Positions 27,393 to 41,569 of a stretch of DNA of 64,000 nt are shown piece by piece. The stretch spans positions 23,498,001 through 23,562,000 of the forward strand of contig OX597815.1 in NCBI GenBank assembly GCA_951406725.2. The letters are read 5' to 3'. The notes under the pieces were generated by a model. That model searched no databases, was not told where the DNA came from, and worked only from the letters and a program-made list of their open reading frames with translations. The stretch comes from Octopus vulgaris (Eukaryota). A program made the translations under genes and the position numbers. Position 1 is the first letter of the stretch. Every line of letters begins with the position of its first letter.

Positions 27393-28128
27393 CATCATCA
27401 TTATTGTTTAATGTCCGTTTTCCGTGCTAGCATGGGTTGGACAGTTCAGCTGGGGTCTGGGAAGCCAGGAGGCTGCACCAGGTTCCAGTCTGATCTGGCA
27501 GTGTTTCTACAGCTGGATGCCCTTCCTAACACCAACCACTCCATGAGTGTAGTAGGTGCTTTTTACATGCCACCAGCACAGAAGCCAGTCAAAGCAGCGC
27601 TGGCATTGGCCACGTTCGGATGTAGCAATTAATTTATATGGTGCTAGGGGAGGCTGGCAGTGGCCATGATCGGTTGGTACTTTTTATGTGCCACCAGCAC
27701 AGAAGCCAGTCAAGGTGGCACTGGCATTGGCCACGTTCGGATGTAGCAATTAATTTATATGGTGCTAGGGGAGGCTGGCAGTGGCCATGATCGGTTGGTA
27801 CTTTTTATGTGCCACGAGCACAGAAGCCAGTCAAGGTGGCACTGACATTGGCCACGTTCGGATGTAGCAATTAATTTATATGGTGCTAGGGGAGGCTGGC
27901 AGTGGCCATGATCGGTTGGTACTTTTTATGTGCCACGAGCACAGAAGCCAGTCAAGGTGGCACTGACATTGGCCACGTTCGGATGTAGCAATTAATTTAT
28001 ATGGTGCTAGGGGAGGCTGGCAGTGGCCATGATCGGTTGGTACTTTTTATGTGCCACGAGCACAGAAGCCAGTCAAGGTGGCACTGACATTGGCCACGTT
28101 CGGATGTAGCAATTAATTTATATGGTGC
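27393..28128 (-). mobile_element. Retroposon family B copy whose 5' part is amplified as a 121-bp tandem repeat
   Basis: (cat)n start followed by the family B body. gatgtagcaattaattt recurs at 27619, 27740, 27861, 27982 and 28103 (period 121). Confidence 0.85.
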
Positions 28129-30003
28129 AAATTAAGGGAAAGTTATGATAAATTTAACAGTAACAAAATCACATCATCAAAACTGCAGTAAGAAAGGATT
28201 TACTTAAGACCCAATGAACTAGACAAAATATGATGGACTCTTACTGTCAAAGACAACATAGGAGAGGTCAGCTTTTGCTGAACAACCCACACAAATGATT
28301 TGCTTATAGTGATCAAATGTTTGAGCCACACATTAGCTCACGCTCTCCATCAAACCATGTTATCTGAACAGGTGCACAGTGTACCATGCATCAGGTATTG
28401 AAGTGATTGCAGAGCAGCACGAGATGAAGTGTTTTGCTCCAGAACACAACACACCACCTGGTCTATGAATTGAAACCATGCTCTCACGATCGTGAATGCA
28501 ACACCCTGACCACCAGGCCATAACACTCATATATTTAATAAAAGGTTACAAAAGATTATACAGGCATCAAAAATGGTTTCAATGCTTTAAATGCTCAGGT
28601 AATAACTAGCTATAATATACATAACTAAATATTTAAGATGTGCCACATATTATTTTCCACAAATATAGACAGTAAGAGCCTTCTGCAATCATAAAATTAT
28701 TATAGAATGACTCCTTTATGACTAAAAATATCTAATAGATAACAGAAACAGGCTAATAAAAGAAAAGTGTAGAAAATATAAAACAAGAAACTGTTTTGCA
28801 ACTTCCAAAGAGGCCAATAGACATAGAGATAGACACTGAAATGGAAGATAACTTTGAAGAAAAGGATCAATGACAAAAAGTATAAAATCATTTAAAGCAA
28901 AACAGATAACAATTACAAATTCTATGTCAAATGAATGACAAAAATATCCTTGTACAGCAAGACTGAGCAAAATGAAAATAAACCAGGGAACACTGTATTC
29001 GGCTCAGCAGGAGAGAAAGTGAGAGAAAATTGTAGAAAAGAACATGGAAGAAAGAGAGGTGTGAAAAGAGAAAAAGGCAGAGGATGGCAAGAAAGAGATG
29101 GGAACTGAGAAAAGAGGAAAAGACAGAGTGGGAGAATAAAACAGAGACGGGAGAGAAAGTGCGTATGAAGTGGCAGCTTTTACACCACTTCATTTACAAA
29201 TTAATGAGACTTAATACCGCAGAGGAGGGTAGAAAATAATCAAGGACAAATGCCAGACAAACAAACAATATCACACAGATTTCACGTGGTAAATACAACA
29301 GAAAAGGAAAACGTTGAGCAAGCAGTTTATAGTAGACAGCCTTGACTACTATGGCACCCAAGGAATGTAATAGATGGATGATGAGATATCAACTAGAGTA
29401 TGCAAACATACTTGTATAAGTAGCAGTATCTCCAGAGAATGGTATATAAAGAAACATTCTAAGTATGCCTAACATAATGCCTGCATATTGAAACGAACAA
29501 GAACAAGAACAACAACAACGATAATTATAAATAATAATGATGTCAGAGATGTAAGCAACGGGGTTAACCTAACTGCCAAATTTCATATTCCTCACCTTGA
29601 AAGATAAATCAAGATCAAATTGAAAATGTATGTATATGCATGCATGTGTAAGTGTATGTTAGAACAATTAGAAGAGCCATTAGAAATGGTTATTAAAATC
29701 AAAACAAGATAGGACAGAAATAAACATCCTTAAAATGACAAAATGCACACACACACACACACACACACATGTAATGCATTAGATAGCATTATCGCAAGTT
29801 TATCAACATGAGATAGATGTCAATGAAATTTACACTGAAATCGTACACTATTCCTAGTGTTTTTGTTTATATTAATGAACTTGGAAATTAAATATAAACA
29901 AGTGCACACACAGTGTAACAGCATTACAAAATAACTATAAAAAGTTACAAATGTCCTCTATTTTATTTGATATAAAAATCAAAGTTTAAAAAGCACAAGG
30001 GTA

Positions 30004-30310
30004 TCATCATCATTTAATGTCCGCTTTCCATGCTAGCATGGGTTGGACGGTTCACCTGGGGTCTGGGAAGCCAGAAGGCTGCACCAGGCCCAGTCTGATC
30101 TGGCAGTGTTTCTACAGCTGGATGCCCTTCCTAACGCCAACCACTCTGTGAGTGTAGTGGGTGCTTTTTACGTGCCACCGGCACAGGTGCCAGACGAGGC
30201 TGGCAAACGGCCACGATCGGATGGTGCTTTTTACGTGCCACCAGCACGGAGGCCAGTTGGGGTGGCGCTGGCAACGGCCATGCTCGGATGGTTCTCTTAT
30301 GTGCCACTGC
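30004..30310 (-). mobile_element. Retroposon family B copy, nearly identical to 60711-60953 in reverse complement
   Basis: Direct sequence comparison. Both copies give the same spurious ORF M(DGS)..WEARRLHQAQSDLA. Confidence 0.85.
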
Positions 30311-30695
30311 TTCTGCTTAGCATTTACATTGTATTTGCTCATACTAAGTGGAGGGTTTTTTTGTTTTTTTTTTTCAAAGTGGAAATCAACCATAAAACTC
30401 TGTATTGGCTTAGAAAGAAATAGGAGGAAGAATAGGGATAGGATATAAAAAATTAGAGCTAAACAACAATGGCTTATGTCCTAATCATTTATTTGCTTCA
30501 CACCATTGGACTGTAACCCCATGTTGGGCACTGCTTTGAAGGACTTTAAGTTGAATGAATCAAGCCCAAAGCCTGGTGCATATTCTAACAGTCTCTTTTG
30601 TTGAATTGTTAATAGGGACGTAAACAAACCAAAACTGGTTGTCAAATGGTATGGAGGATAAACAGAAACAAATATGTGTTTGTGTGTGTATATAT

Positions 30696-31800
30696 ATCAT
30701 CATCATCAAATGTCCGTTGTTCATGCTGGCATGGGTTGGATGGTTTGACCAGAGCTGGCAAGCTGGAAGGCTGCAACAGACACCAGTTTGATTTGGCATG
30801 GTTTCCACGGCTTGATGCCTTTCTTAATGCCAACCACTCCGAGAGTGTAATGGCTGCTTTTACATGCCACCATCACAAGTGCTATTTGTGTGACACCAGT
30901 ATCTGCCATGACTGTAATTTTACTTGGCCTGATGGGTCTTCTCAAACATGACAAAATGCCAAAGGTCTCAGTCATTACTTCCACGAGGCCCAGTGCTAAA
31001 GGGCAAACTTGCCTCTGTGAAGCCCACCGCTTGAGAGCGAACTCGCCTCAGCAAGGCCCACTGCTCGAGGGTGAACTCGCCTCAACAAGGCCCACTAATT
31101 GAGGGCAAACTTGCCTCCACAAGGCCCATTGCTCGAGGGAAAACTTGCCTCCGCGAGGCTCACTGCTCAAAGGTGAACTCACCTCCGCAAGGACCAGTGC
31201 TCAAGGGCGAACTTGCCTCCATGAGGACCAGCACTCACAGGACGAGCCTCCATGAGACCCAATGCTCGAGGGGGAAACGTGCCTCCATGAGGCCCAACAC
31301 TCGTGGAGCAACGCATCTCCATGAGGCTCAACACTTGAAAGGGTACTTGTGTCTTCGAGGCCCAATGCTCGAAAGGGTACTTGCCTCCACGAGGACCAAC
31401 ACTCAAACGAGTGCTCATCTCAGTGAGGCCCAATGTTTGAGGAGGAACGCATCTCCATGAGGCCCAACACTCGAAAGGGAACTTGCCTCTGCAAGGCCCA
31501 ATGCTCGAAAAGTAACTTGCCTCCATGAGGCCCAATGCTTGAAAAGTAACTCGCTTCCACTTGAAAGGGACTCAGCCACTTTGCCTCTGTGAGCAGGCCC
31601 AATGCTCAAAAGGTGCTCTTTACGTGCCACTGGCATGCGTGCTAGTTATATGATACCAGCATCAGTCACAACTATGATTTCACTTGGCTTGACACAGCTT
31701 GTCAAGCACAGCCTATTGCCAAAGGTCCTGGTTGCTAGTCACTGCCTCTGTAAGGCTCAAAGTTCGAAAACCATGCTTCACCACCTCATCTCATATCTTA
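30696..31800 (-). mobile_element. Older, longer family B-related element containing a degenerate minisatellite of about 34 bp (30985-31615)
   Basis: (cat)n tail at about 30696. Repeat unit approximately aggcccaatgctcgagggnaacttgcctccatg. Confidence 0.7.
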
Positions 31801-34800
31801 GTTCCTGAAATTACCTATATTATATTTTGATTGAAAGTTTACCATGACAAAGAAAATAATAATAGCTTATATATGTAGGTAAACATTTGTCTTTTGTTTG
31901 TGTTTCAACACCAACCTAATGTATCAACAAATTTTAAAAAATGACAAATCCCTTAAAATTCCTGATTATTTTAAAAGTTAATTGAAATATACAAATCCAT
32001 AGCCAAGGAAAGATAAATACCTTTTCATAATGATACTTCAAACATTTTTATCATCAATAGCCTATTTAATTTTCTTCTTTCTAAAGCAATACCATAGACT
32101 TTAAACATTGAGCTTATTTACTTCAGTTGAATTGCTAACTAGTCACAGGGAAAAGTTAACATAATCAGATAACTCAATTAACAGTAAGTCAATATATAAT
32201 TTGATACAAAGTAAACAGTATTTTGGTTCTTCTGGATTTTCTCATATTTTATGCACTTGTAGAGCACTGGGAGTTTTTATTACATTGGCATAGGATCGGT
32301 TGATTAATGTTTCCCAAAACAGGTTTTCCCAAACTAACATTGCTTAATTTTATTCAGAGAAACCCAGAGCAATATATAAGTTTTCTAAACATGTAATTCC
32401 CATGATATGATTATAAAAGTAAATCAAACAGATCTAACCCATTGGTAAGATAATGGTAATACATTTAATACATAAAACATTAAAAGACTAACTAGGAGAA
32501 TTCAATGAGAAAACAAAGATAGTTACTAATGTTTGAGTAAGTATGAGACAACTCTGGCACATTTTCGTCTTATTTTGAGCTCATCACTGAAACCTAGCTT
32601 TCACTAGACTTGCTGAAGTATTCTCTGTAAAGTTGTCAAAGTGACCGATGCCATATCAAAATGACAATGAAACTAATACTACAAACTTCTTAAATTCATC
32701 TTGAGAATGTTGTCAAACTAAGCAACTCTCTTATTTAGAAACACAAGTGTTTAAATAAAATTCTGGAAACGCTGTTCTTTCTAAAACCAAATATTCAATA
32801 ATGAAGTAAATATAGGGATTCTTTTAAAAGTAAATTGATGAAGAAAACCAGTGTTGAAGTAGCTGATTTGCAGGTCAACACTTTATTGCTCAACTTCAAC
32901 AATTATTTACATAGCTGAAGAGGAAACTATTTTGTGTGAAACTCAAAAGATATTTTATAAATGTTGATATTTGAGAGGATAAGATTACTGAAAGAACAAA
33001 TCTGAAGAAAATGGTTGATTTTAAAAGTCAATACTTAGTCATATAATTCATAAAACCTAGCTAAACAACCAAACTCTTTAGCTATATTAGGTAACAACTC
33101 GTTAAAGTACAACGACACAGCAATACAAAAATATCAGCAAGAGAAGGATATACTTTCTAACAACCATAGTTCAGTGATTTCTAAGTGTATTCAGCCAACC
33201 ATCCTCTTAGCTCTATATAAAATAGTATTAGAATACTTGCCATTTTATAACATTACCAAGAAGATTAAGTCATGCAACACTGGAAAATAATAACAAAAAA
33301 TTTCAAAAGAATAAGAATAAACCTCATGTACTCTTACATTTGCTTACATTCATAAACCTCTTTCAAGCAACTCGAATGCCCATCCCAGGATATAGGAGAG
33401 TAGAACCCATTTTTGGAATCACTTACTCTGGCTAATAGTAACACAATGATACACCTTAATAATTAGAACAGAGACACAGTTACTGCATACTACTAAAAAA
33501 ATAACAAAATTTGAAGTTATGACACAACTGAAATAGGTCAATCTAATAAATTATTCTCTCTCTCTCTCTCTCTGATCTATGAACCTCAACATAAAAGAAA
33601 AAGAGAGACTATATCTGCAACAATTGAAATCAATAAACATCTTCAACATGTTTTGGCATGTACGAATATATATATATATAATGTATGTGTATATATATAT
33701 ATATATATCAGATATAATACTACCACTTCAAACTATTCGCACCTGTACTTTCTCTAAATCAAAACTTAAACTGTTAGCTATGTCAACTTTTTAAATTTAC
33801 TTTCTTTTTACACATTTATGTCCCTAAAAAAGAAGCAAAGAACGAGTGCCTATTTCTCAATTTCAAATCTTTGATTTGAATGGATTTACAAACTTCCTAC
33901 TCCTTTACATTATAACAATACCGATTTCTCATTCTACCTCCCAATTCTATATATTTGTAAGGTTCTATTTCTATACATTTCTATCCCATCAGAGCCAGTA
34001 CAAATAGCATAAGGATCCCCACCAGACATTCTAACAATCCAGCTAGTCTACCATCCAAGATTGGTGCTTTATCAATCTCAGGAGATGAAAGACAAAACTG
34101 ACATTGCTGAGATTTGAACTCAGAACACAAGGTGACAGAATAAATATCACAAGGCATTTTGCTCAATATTCTAACAACACTGCCAGTTTTTTGCTTTAAA
34201 TTATATTAGACATTGTAAGTTGGGCATTAAGATAATAAGCCTATCCTATGAGTGCTATGTGGGGAAATACTTTATGCGAATTATCTCTGAAGACAAAATA
34301 GTTCAGCTTAAATAGCAGAAACAAACAAGTGTTCTGCAGTCTAATCATTGGTAATATAGTCACTCAGCAAAAAACAGACATTGAGTCAGAGTCTTGTGAA
34401 AGGGATTGTTCTTCTTTTACTAAATCAAAGAGCAGTTATAATGTCTAGCAAGTATCACATGTTATCATTTAGAATTGAAATATTAAGTTTAGTATATTTT
34501 AGATCAGACCACAGATCTGTAACTACCATATTTTGTGGCATGTATTCTCAAATAAAAGGGAAAGGGTCCGAGAGGAAAGCAATATAAAATGAAATCACAT
34601 GCAGAAATTGACTAAATCTGTAAACCATTCTTTTCAGTATCCAGTAAATCTATCATTTTAAATTAATCATGGGTAATTACATCACGATAAATTACACCGT
34701 CTGTAATTTCATTGCAAGGTAATTATGTCACATGCCAATACATTGTGAGTAAATTCAACATCATGCCAAATAAACTGTTGGTAAATTCATAGTCATGATT

Positions 34801-36875
34801 GTTATTACCAGAGTAAATACATTGCTAAACATTATTTGCAATTTTATTTACAAAATAAATACTCTGCATTCCATTAATAAGGATGAAGTTCAGCATTATA
34901 TATATATATATATATATAGGTAGGGAGGTATGTATATCATCATCATCATTTAACATCTGTTTTCCATGATGGTATGAGCTGGATAGTTTGACAGGATCTG
35001 GCAAGTCAGAAGACTGCACTAAGCTCTCTACTGCCTGTATTGGCATGGTTTCTATGACTGGATACCCTTCCTCACACCAACCGCTTTACAGTGTGTGCCG
35101 GGGTGCTTTTTACATGGCACCAGCATGAATGAGGTCACCAAGTAACTTACAAGACAAAGACCTCTCAATTGAGATGGGGGAGATAGCTTTGCGCAAGGTG
35201 ATGAGAGCTTAAACTATGATAGAGGGACAGAAATAAGTGTTTTGCAGTAGAAGAATCAAGTTACTTTTAAAAGTCATAAAAGAAAATATAATAAAAAGAT
35301 AACGCTGTTTTCAATTGGAGGAAGGAGAAATATAAAAAGATAAAATACAAACAATGCCTCAAATAATTCACTGTTTCGTTCAGTATTCATTGATGATACA
35401 CTAAATTCTTGATGTACTGTCTTTATATTCTCTTTGGTAATGTGGAATTTCTTCAGAGATATATTATTTCATTTTTATTACAGTTTCTTTATTGAGATAC
35501 TGACAGTCTAGTCAGTAAAAATGAAATTGTCCACTAAGTTCAATGAAACCCACTGGAAATACCATGCAATGTACGTACTGTGTTGAATTTTACCATGATC
35601 AGTTTAAGGTGAAACTTTCAATTACCAATAAAACCATCTTTGATCGATGTATGCATCTTTACTACAGTTAACTAACATGGTTGTTTTCAACCAGTCTAGT
35701 CAGTAAAAATGAAATTGTCCACTAAGTTCAAACCCACTGGGGGTGGGGCTATTATATGAGCTTCAGTTCCCCCTAGCAGTCAAGAACAGGTCCCAAGTCA
35801 TTTAGTTGCTCCATGTCAAGAAAAAACAAAATGGAGTTAAACACAATCTAATCACTTCTTTCATACAATATGCCAATAAAATCAATCACCACACCTCTTA
35901 ATCAATAATATCTTACATAATACAACAGTATAATCAACCACTAATATAGTCAATCACCTCTCATATAATACACTAACAGATATCAATAGTAGTAAATTGA
36001 GCATTAACATGATGTAGAGAACAAAGAAAACAGATTAATTAAAAGTACGCCTGTAATCAAAGCAAAAACATCATTATCTTATTAATGACTAAGTTTGGTA
36101 AAGAAAGGCAGGAGAGTGAACAGGTGAAATTTTCGTTAATTGAAAATAGAAAGTGTTGTGGCAACAATTCTGGCAAGTTTCAGAATGATTAGACCTTATA
36201 TCCTTTCATATGGAACAACAGCCTGGATGCTTACCGAAAAACTGTAATCCAAGCTAGATGGAACTTATACCTGAGTCTTAAACATGTCTTGGAGAACTCA
36301 TCCCATTAAGAAACAGCTCTATGGAAATCTCCTACCTGTTTCCACCATTGTAATGGAAAGGTGCTTGTGCTTAGCAGGACATTGCTGGTGAACTGAACAA
36401 GAGCTGGCAAGTGATCTATTCTGGATGCCAAAACATGGCTGAACTTGAGCAGATCGTCCAAACACAACTTATGTAGATTAACTCACCAGAGACACAGGAT
36501 GCCTCTCTCAACAAATACAGGATCAAGATTGATGGCATGCACAGGTTAAAAATACCACATCTTAGACTATGAAAATATATAGGATTTAAGCGAATGATCA
36601 TTAAGAGGTATAATAAAAGAATGATTTGGGGGAAAATACACGACATAATTTTTCAGTCTTAAAGTAGCAGAAAAGTCAGCATTTCTGACGTGAAACAGAT
36701 TGCATTTAATATCAAGTTAACTAGCATTTGCATCCATGTCTTGGAACTTCCTCTTTTTCATGTTACAACTTACTCTAAAGCTAATTCTACTATTAGCCTG
36801 AACAAGAAATAATTTTTATACATAAGGTTCAATAACTCATTTCCATACAAGCAATTTTTGGACAAACTAAATTAG

Positions 36876-37096
36876 TATATTCTGTTGTGTCTGGGGAGAG
36901 TCATTTTCTTTTTGTGCCTTATGTAACACACTCACCGGTAAAATTTCCACTTTTTTCTTATTTTTATTGTCCTAAAATTTTCGTTGCGTCTTGTAACCTT
37001 TACAAAAGTTTTGACTCTGAGAGTCAAAACTAATGTGAGTGTGTTATATTATAAGGCACAAAAAGAAAATGACTTTCCCCAGACACAACAGAATAT
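36876..37096. repeat. Fold-back inverted repeat made of Penelope-related terminal sequence
   Basis: atattctgttgtgtctggggagagtcattttctttttgtgcctta pairs with taaggcacaaaaagaaaatgactttccccagacacaacagaatat. Similar to 42010-42123. Confidence 0.75.
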
Positions 37097-38119
37097 GCTT
37101 CAACACACAAACTCATATAAAGAATCTTGCAAACCAAATCCCAAAACGAAATAAATTAGTATAAAAACTGAAATATTATCAAACTCCTCCAATGTTGCTA
37201 CTATTCATATCATTATCATTGTTTGTTAATTTATAAATCATTCAACTATAAATTGAACACGAATTAACATCTCAATGAAAAACTCCTTTTGGTTCTGAAA
37301 ATATGTTTTCTTGATACACCCACATAAAAGATTAGACTTTCCACATTTATGTTAAAGTATCATTCAATTGCAATTCAAATAAGTAACCTTATATTTATAA
37401 CTCATAGCATATTTAATAAAATCACTTAAAATAAACCTAGAAATTTTTGCAAGCAATGAAAAGGAAATAGGAGATTCAAAGTAACTTTTAAATACTAATT
37501 ACTTTCATACAGTTATAAGTTTCATTAGATTTCACTTGTTACAAGCAGCAGCTACTCAACAGGGTGTAGTTGTTTAACCCTGAGTAAACCCATCAAAAGG
37601 ATTGCAGTTGTAACCATTCAATCTTTTTCTTATATGCAGGAAGCATAAGACAACACTATCTAAGGCGTCCATTTTTTTTTCAAGACAGTTGGGGGTGATT
37701 GAAAAGGATTTGGCTGATATTTCTTACAAAATTTAAATAACATCTCCCTGGCTCATTAGTGTTGTGCATTTGTTTGCATTATTTGAAATATAGGATTCAA
37801 ATTAATTATTGTACATAGTAGCGTGGTTCAGCATAAAATCAAGCAACTGTATAAGAGGTAAAATATTGTCTACAAGCAGGACATGAAATATCTTGAGAGA
37901 AATGAACAACGTTGCAGTTGAATAGCTATATTTTCAATGTACACTACATATGCAGAACATCACTATATATAAATATATCTGGTTTGCCAGACCTTAGTCA
38001 AATTGTCCAACCCATACTAGCATGGAAAGCGGATGTTAAACGATGATGATACATATATGCAAATAAATATATACATCTATACACACATATATATATAAAT
38101 ATATACATGTACATACACA

Positions 38120-38925
38120 TAGCATTGAACAGATATACATGGAGACACAACTTGGTCCTTAAGGCTATCTTCAATGCTATAAAGAACCAAATTCATCTCA
38201 ACAACACTGAGAAAAAACCATTATAAGTACCATCTAGAGATTTCGTTACCTTCGTGCGACCAGGTCAGCGGATCCATTTCAAGAAGATCAAGAAACTTCC
38301 TGTGACAGATGAAAAGTGGAATGGCTATTGGGAGGTGACTGCAGATTTACCTGGGTGCCAGGGATTCTTTCCCATCCCAATTACGAAAGAAACAGACATT
38401 TTGATGTGGTGTGAAAGAAGTTGTAAATCTAGTCGAGTTAACGGTTCCTCATGAAGATAATATGGACGTCACTTGGGCTCAAAAGATTGATCGTTATGTA
38501 AACTTCCTTGAGGAATGTGAAGACGCAGGCTGGAAAGCAGAGCATTTTCCATTCGAAATCAAATGTAGAGGGTTCGTTGGACACAGTGTGAGACGACTGT
38601 TGTTATCGCTAGGCCGAACTCATCATAAAGTCAATACCACCATGACCAATATCCAAACTACAGTGGAGAAGGCTAGCCACTGGATTTGGTTAAAAAGAGA
38701 TGATGAGAGATGGCTAGAAGAATATTGAGCTTTATTTGATAACCAGCTGATCTAGCAAGCAGGACCTCATAGCAGTGAGGGGGGGGGGGCATTGATGCCG
38801 TCGAGAGGTAGGCCCCGAAACAGCACGCATTCTCTCCTGATGACCCCATACACTTGCTGGCTTCCAGTATGTGGAGTTTTTGACTGGTAGCACTTGCATG
38901 TACAAGTTGTCTGCAAGACATCTAA
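38120..38925 (+). mobile_element. 3' end of an RLE-type (HERO-like) non-LTR retrotransposon
   Basis: RYTWRHNLVL, TDILMW, VELTVPHEDN, FEIKCRGFVG and VEKASHWIWLKR follow the motif order of restriction-like endonuclease domains. One frameshift, stop at 38728, then a 3'UTR. Confidence 0.8.
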
Positions 38926-39386
38926 ATATATACATGTATACACACATATACCTATATAAATATATACATATATACATATACACTCATATACCTATATAAA
39001 TATATATTTATATATACATATACACTCATATACCTATATAAATATATATTTATATATACATATACACTCATATACCTATATAAATATATATTTATATATA
39101 CATATACACTCATATACCTATATAAATATATATTTATATATATGCATATATATATATACCTATATATAATATATATTTATATATACATATACATCATATA
39201 CCTATATAAATATATATTTATATATACATATACACTCATATATATATATAAATATATATTTATATATACATATACACTCATATATGCTATATAAATATAT
39301 ATTTATATATACATATACACTCATATATATATAAATATATATTTATATATACATATACACTCAAATACATATATACATATACACTC

Positions 39387-39480
<94 letters not shown>
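38925..39480. repeat. AT-rich compound micro/minisatellite with a unit of about 40 bp, grading into (TA)n
   Basis: Recurrent catatacactcatatacctatataaatatatattta. Confidence 0.9.
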
Positions 39481-39482
<2 letters not shown>

Positions 39483-40106
39483 AAAATACAAAATGGGACA
39501 AGAATGTAAAACATCCGGACATCTAGGTGATACAAAAAGAGACAACAAAACATCCAGATAGACAATACAAAGAAAACAAGGACTAGTCATGCAAAGTTCA
39601 CATATAATAATTATAAAATAATAAATTTATATAAAAGTAGGTATCTAAATTTTAATCAACAAATATAGTAATTAAAAATCCATATTTTTTCAATCAGAAA
39701 ACATAAATAAATAAAAAAAATTACTTAAGTAAATATTATAGATATCTTTCAAAAATATTTATGAAATAAAAAATAAGAAATTAAAAATTCCAAAGTAAAA
39801 ACGTATTTATATTTGTGTAACATTGTCTGTTTTTTTCCGTCCTTGTTTTTGTATACATTTGCTGCTTCTTCCAAGGAATCTAATGCTCTTAGCTTAGTTT
39901 TTCCTTGGGGCTGGCCAGATTGGAGCAATCTCAAGAATAATCAGCCGAAATTGCAAAGATAATCTGGAACTCGACTGAGGAAAAAAAGCTCGGAATGACC
40001 CGTCCTTGTTTTCTTTGTATCATCTGCCTGAATGTTTTGTTGTCCCTTTTTTGTATCACCTAACTGTCTGAATGTTTTGCGTTCTTATCCCATTTTTGTA
40101 TTTTTT
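39481..40106. mobile_element. Probable Penelope-like terminal-repeat remnant with inverted repeats of about 110 bp
   Basis: 39481-39590 is the imperfect reverse complement of 39996-40106. Confidence 0.5.
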
Positions 40107-40109
40107 ATA

Positions 40110-40737
40110 TATAGAAATATAGCAGCGTGCGTACACTTTGGTCTCTTATATGTAAGTATATATACATATATAAATATTTACATAAATATACATAAATATA
40201 TATAAATCCATACATATAAATTTGACATGTGTAGAATGATCCAGTGGTGATGCTGGGCCTTGTATTTTTTCATAGCTCCCATGGTTACTGAAATAATAAT
40301 ACTATTGCATTTATGAATGAGAAAGGAAGGAGCGATAGATGAATAAGGAAGGAAGGGGTGATGTCATACTTGGTAGTGGGATGATGAAAATTGTACACTG
40401 AAAAAAAAAAAAATCAAACAGCATTTCAACTGTGTGAATATATGTGATGTGAAGGCGTGTGTTTTTATGTGTGTCTGTGTTTGTGTGTGCCTGTGCGCGT
40501 GCAATGAAAGTGGGATGGTTCATCTTTGTTCGCTTAGTATTTGGGTTTATTTTTTGATTAGGTTGAATCTTGGTTGGGTTTCTTTTCGACAGTTATTTTT
40601 AGCATTTTGACAGAAAAAAGTCATTCTAATATTATTTTTTAATGTAAGCATGCCCAAACAAGTTGAATGCTTACACAGAGCAGGTTTTACAGCCACATCA
40701 TCCAAACTGACCGGGTGAAACCAGGCTTAGCTGCTAG
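40110..40737 (+). mobile_element. Possible non-autonomous Helitron
   Basis: 3' end ccgggtgaaaccagg (imperfect hairpin) followed by ...gCTAG|t. The 5' boundary is uncertain. Confidence 0.4.
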
Positions 40738-40799
40738 TTTACATATATGAGGCAATCCATCGAAGTTACATGAAGAAGATAGCCTCTATGCAGCATATT

Positions 40800-40834
<35 letters not shown>

Positions 40835-41025
40835 CATTTACATATATACATATATATATAATTACATACATATGTACATATATATTTACATATACGTATA
40901 TACATTTACATATACGTATATACATTTACATATACGTATATACATTTACATATACGTATATACATTTACATATACGTATATACATTTACATATATACATT
41001 TACATATACGTATATACATTTACAT

Positions 41026-41565
41026 ATATGAGGCAATCAAATGAAGCTACACAAAAAAGATAGCCACTATGCAGCATATAAGCTACTGGAAAGACTCAAG
41101 AGATTAAGACTCTATTCATAAGAGCGTAGGTGAGAAAGATGCCATAATATAAATCTGGAAGATCCTGGAGGGACTTGTCCCAAACTTTGGTATCAAGAGT
41201 TACACAAAAACTTGAACAGGGTGCCACTGCATAGTACCAATGACTCCAAATTTACCATCAAGATGTTAGACAAGATACTGCAAGAGCCTGGGGTTCGGAC
41301 GACCACAGCTGTTCAATATCCTCATGAGAGATCTGCATGCGGTGGATGTAGGTGTTTTCAAAATGGAATTGGACGTCTTATTGTTAAGTGTCCCAGACAA
41401 ACCAACTTCACAGCAGGAGGTGCAGAGGAGGGTGGCGGCATCGAACTCCCTCATGCTCCAAATGTCAATTTCTAAAAAGAATTAGTGAAGTAAAATTATG
41501 TAACAACACCAAATGGCAGTGCCCCAGCATGGTCACAGCTCATGAGCTGAAACTAGATCAAATCA
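41026..41565 (+). mobile_element. 3' fragment of a CR1-group LINE
   Basis: SYTKKIATMQHISY..RLKRLRLYS..RR, RPQLFNILMRDLHAVDVGVFKMELDVLLLSVPDKP and RVAASNSL are typical CR1 ORF2 C-terminal motifs. Confidence 0.7.
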
Positions 41566-41569
41566 AAGA

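Noticed and set aside
30985-31615. Degenerate ~34-bp array and overlapping ORFs (31071-31460, 31179-31535) as a repeat protein or CRISPR-like locus
   Set aside because: The period is not a multiple of three, stops are scattered, there are no spacers, and the array sits inside a retroposon.
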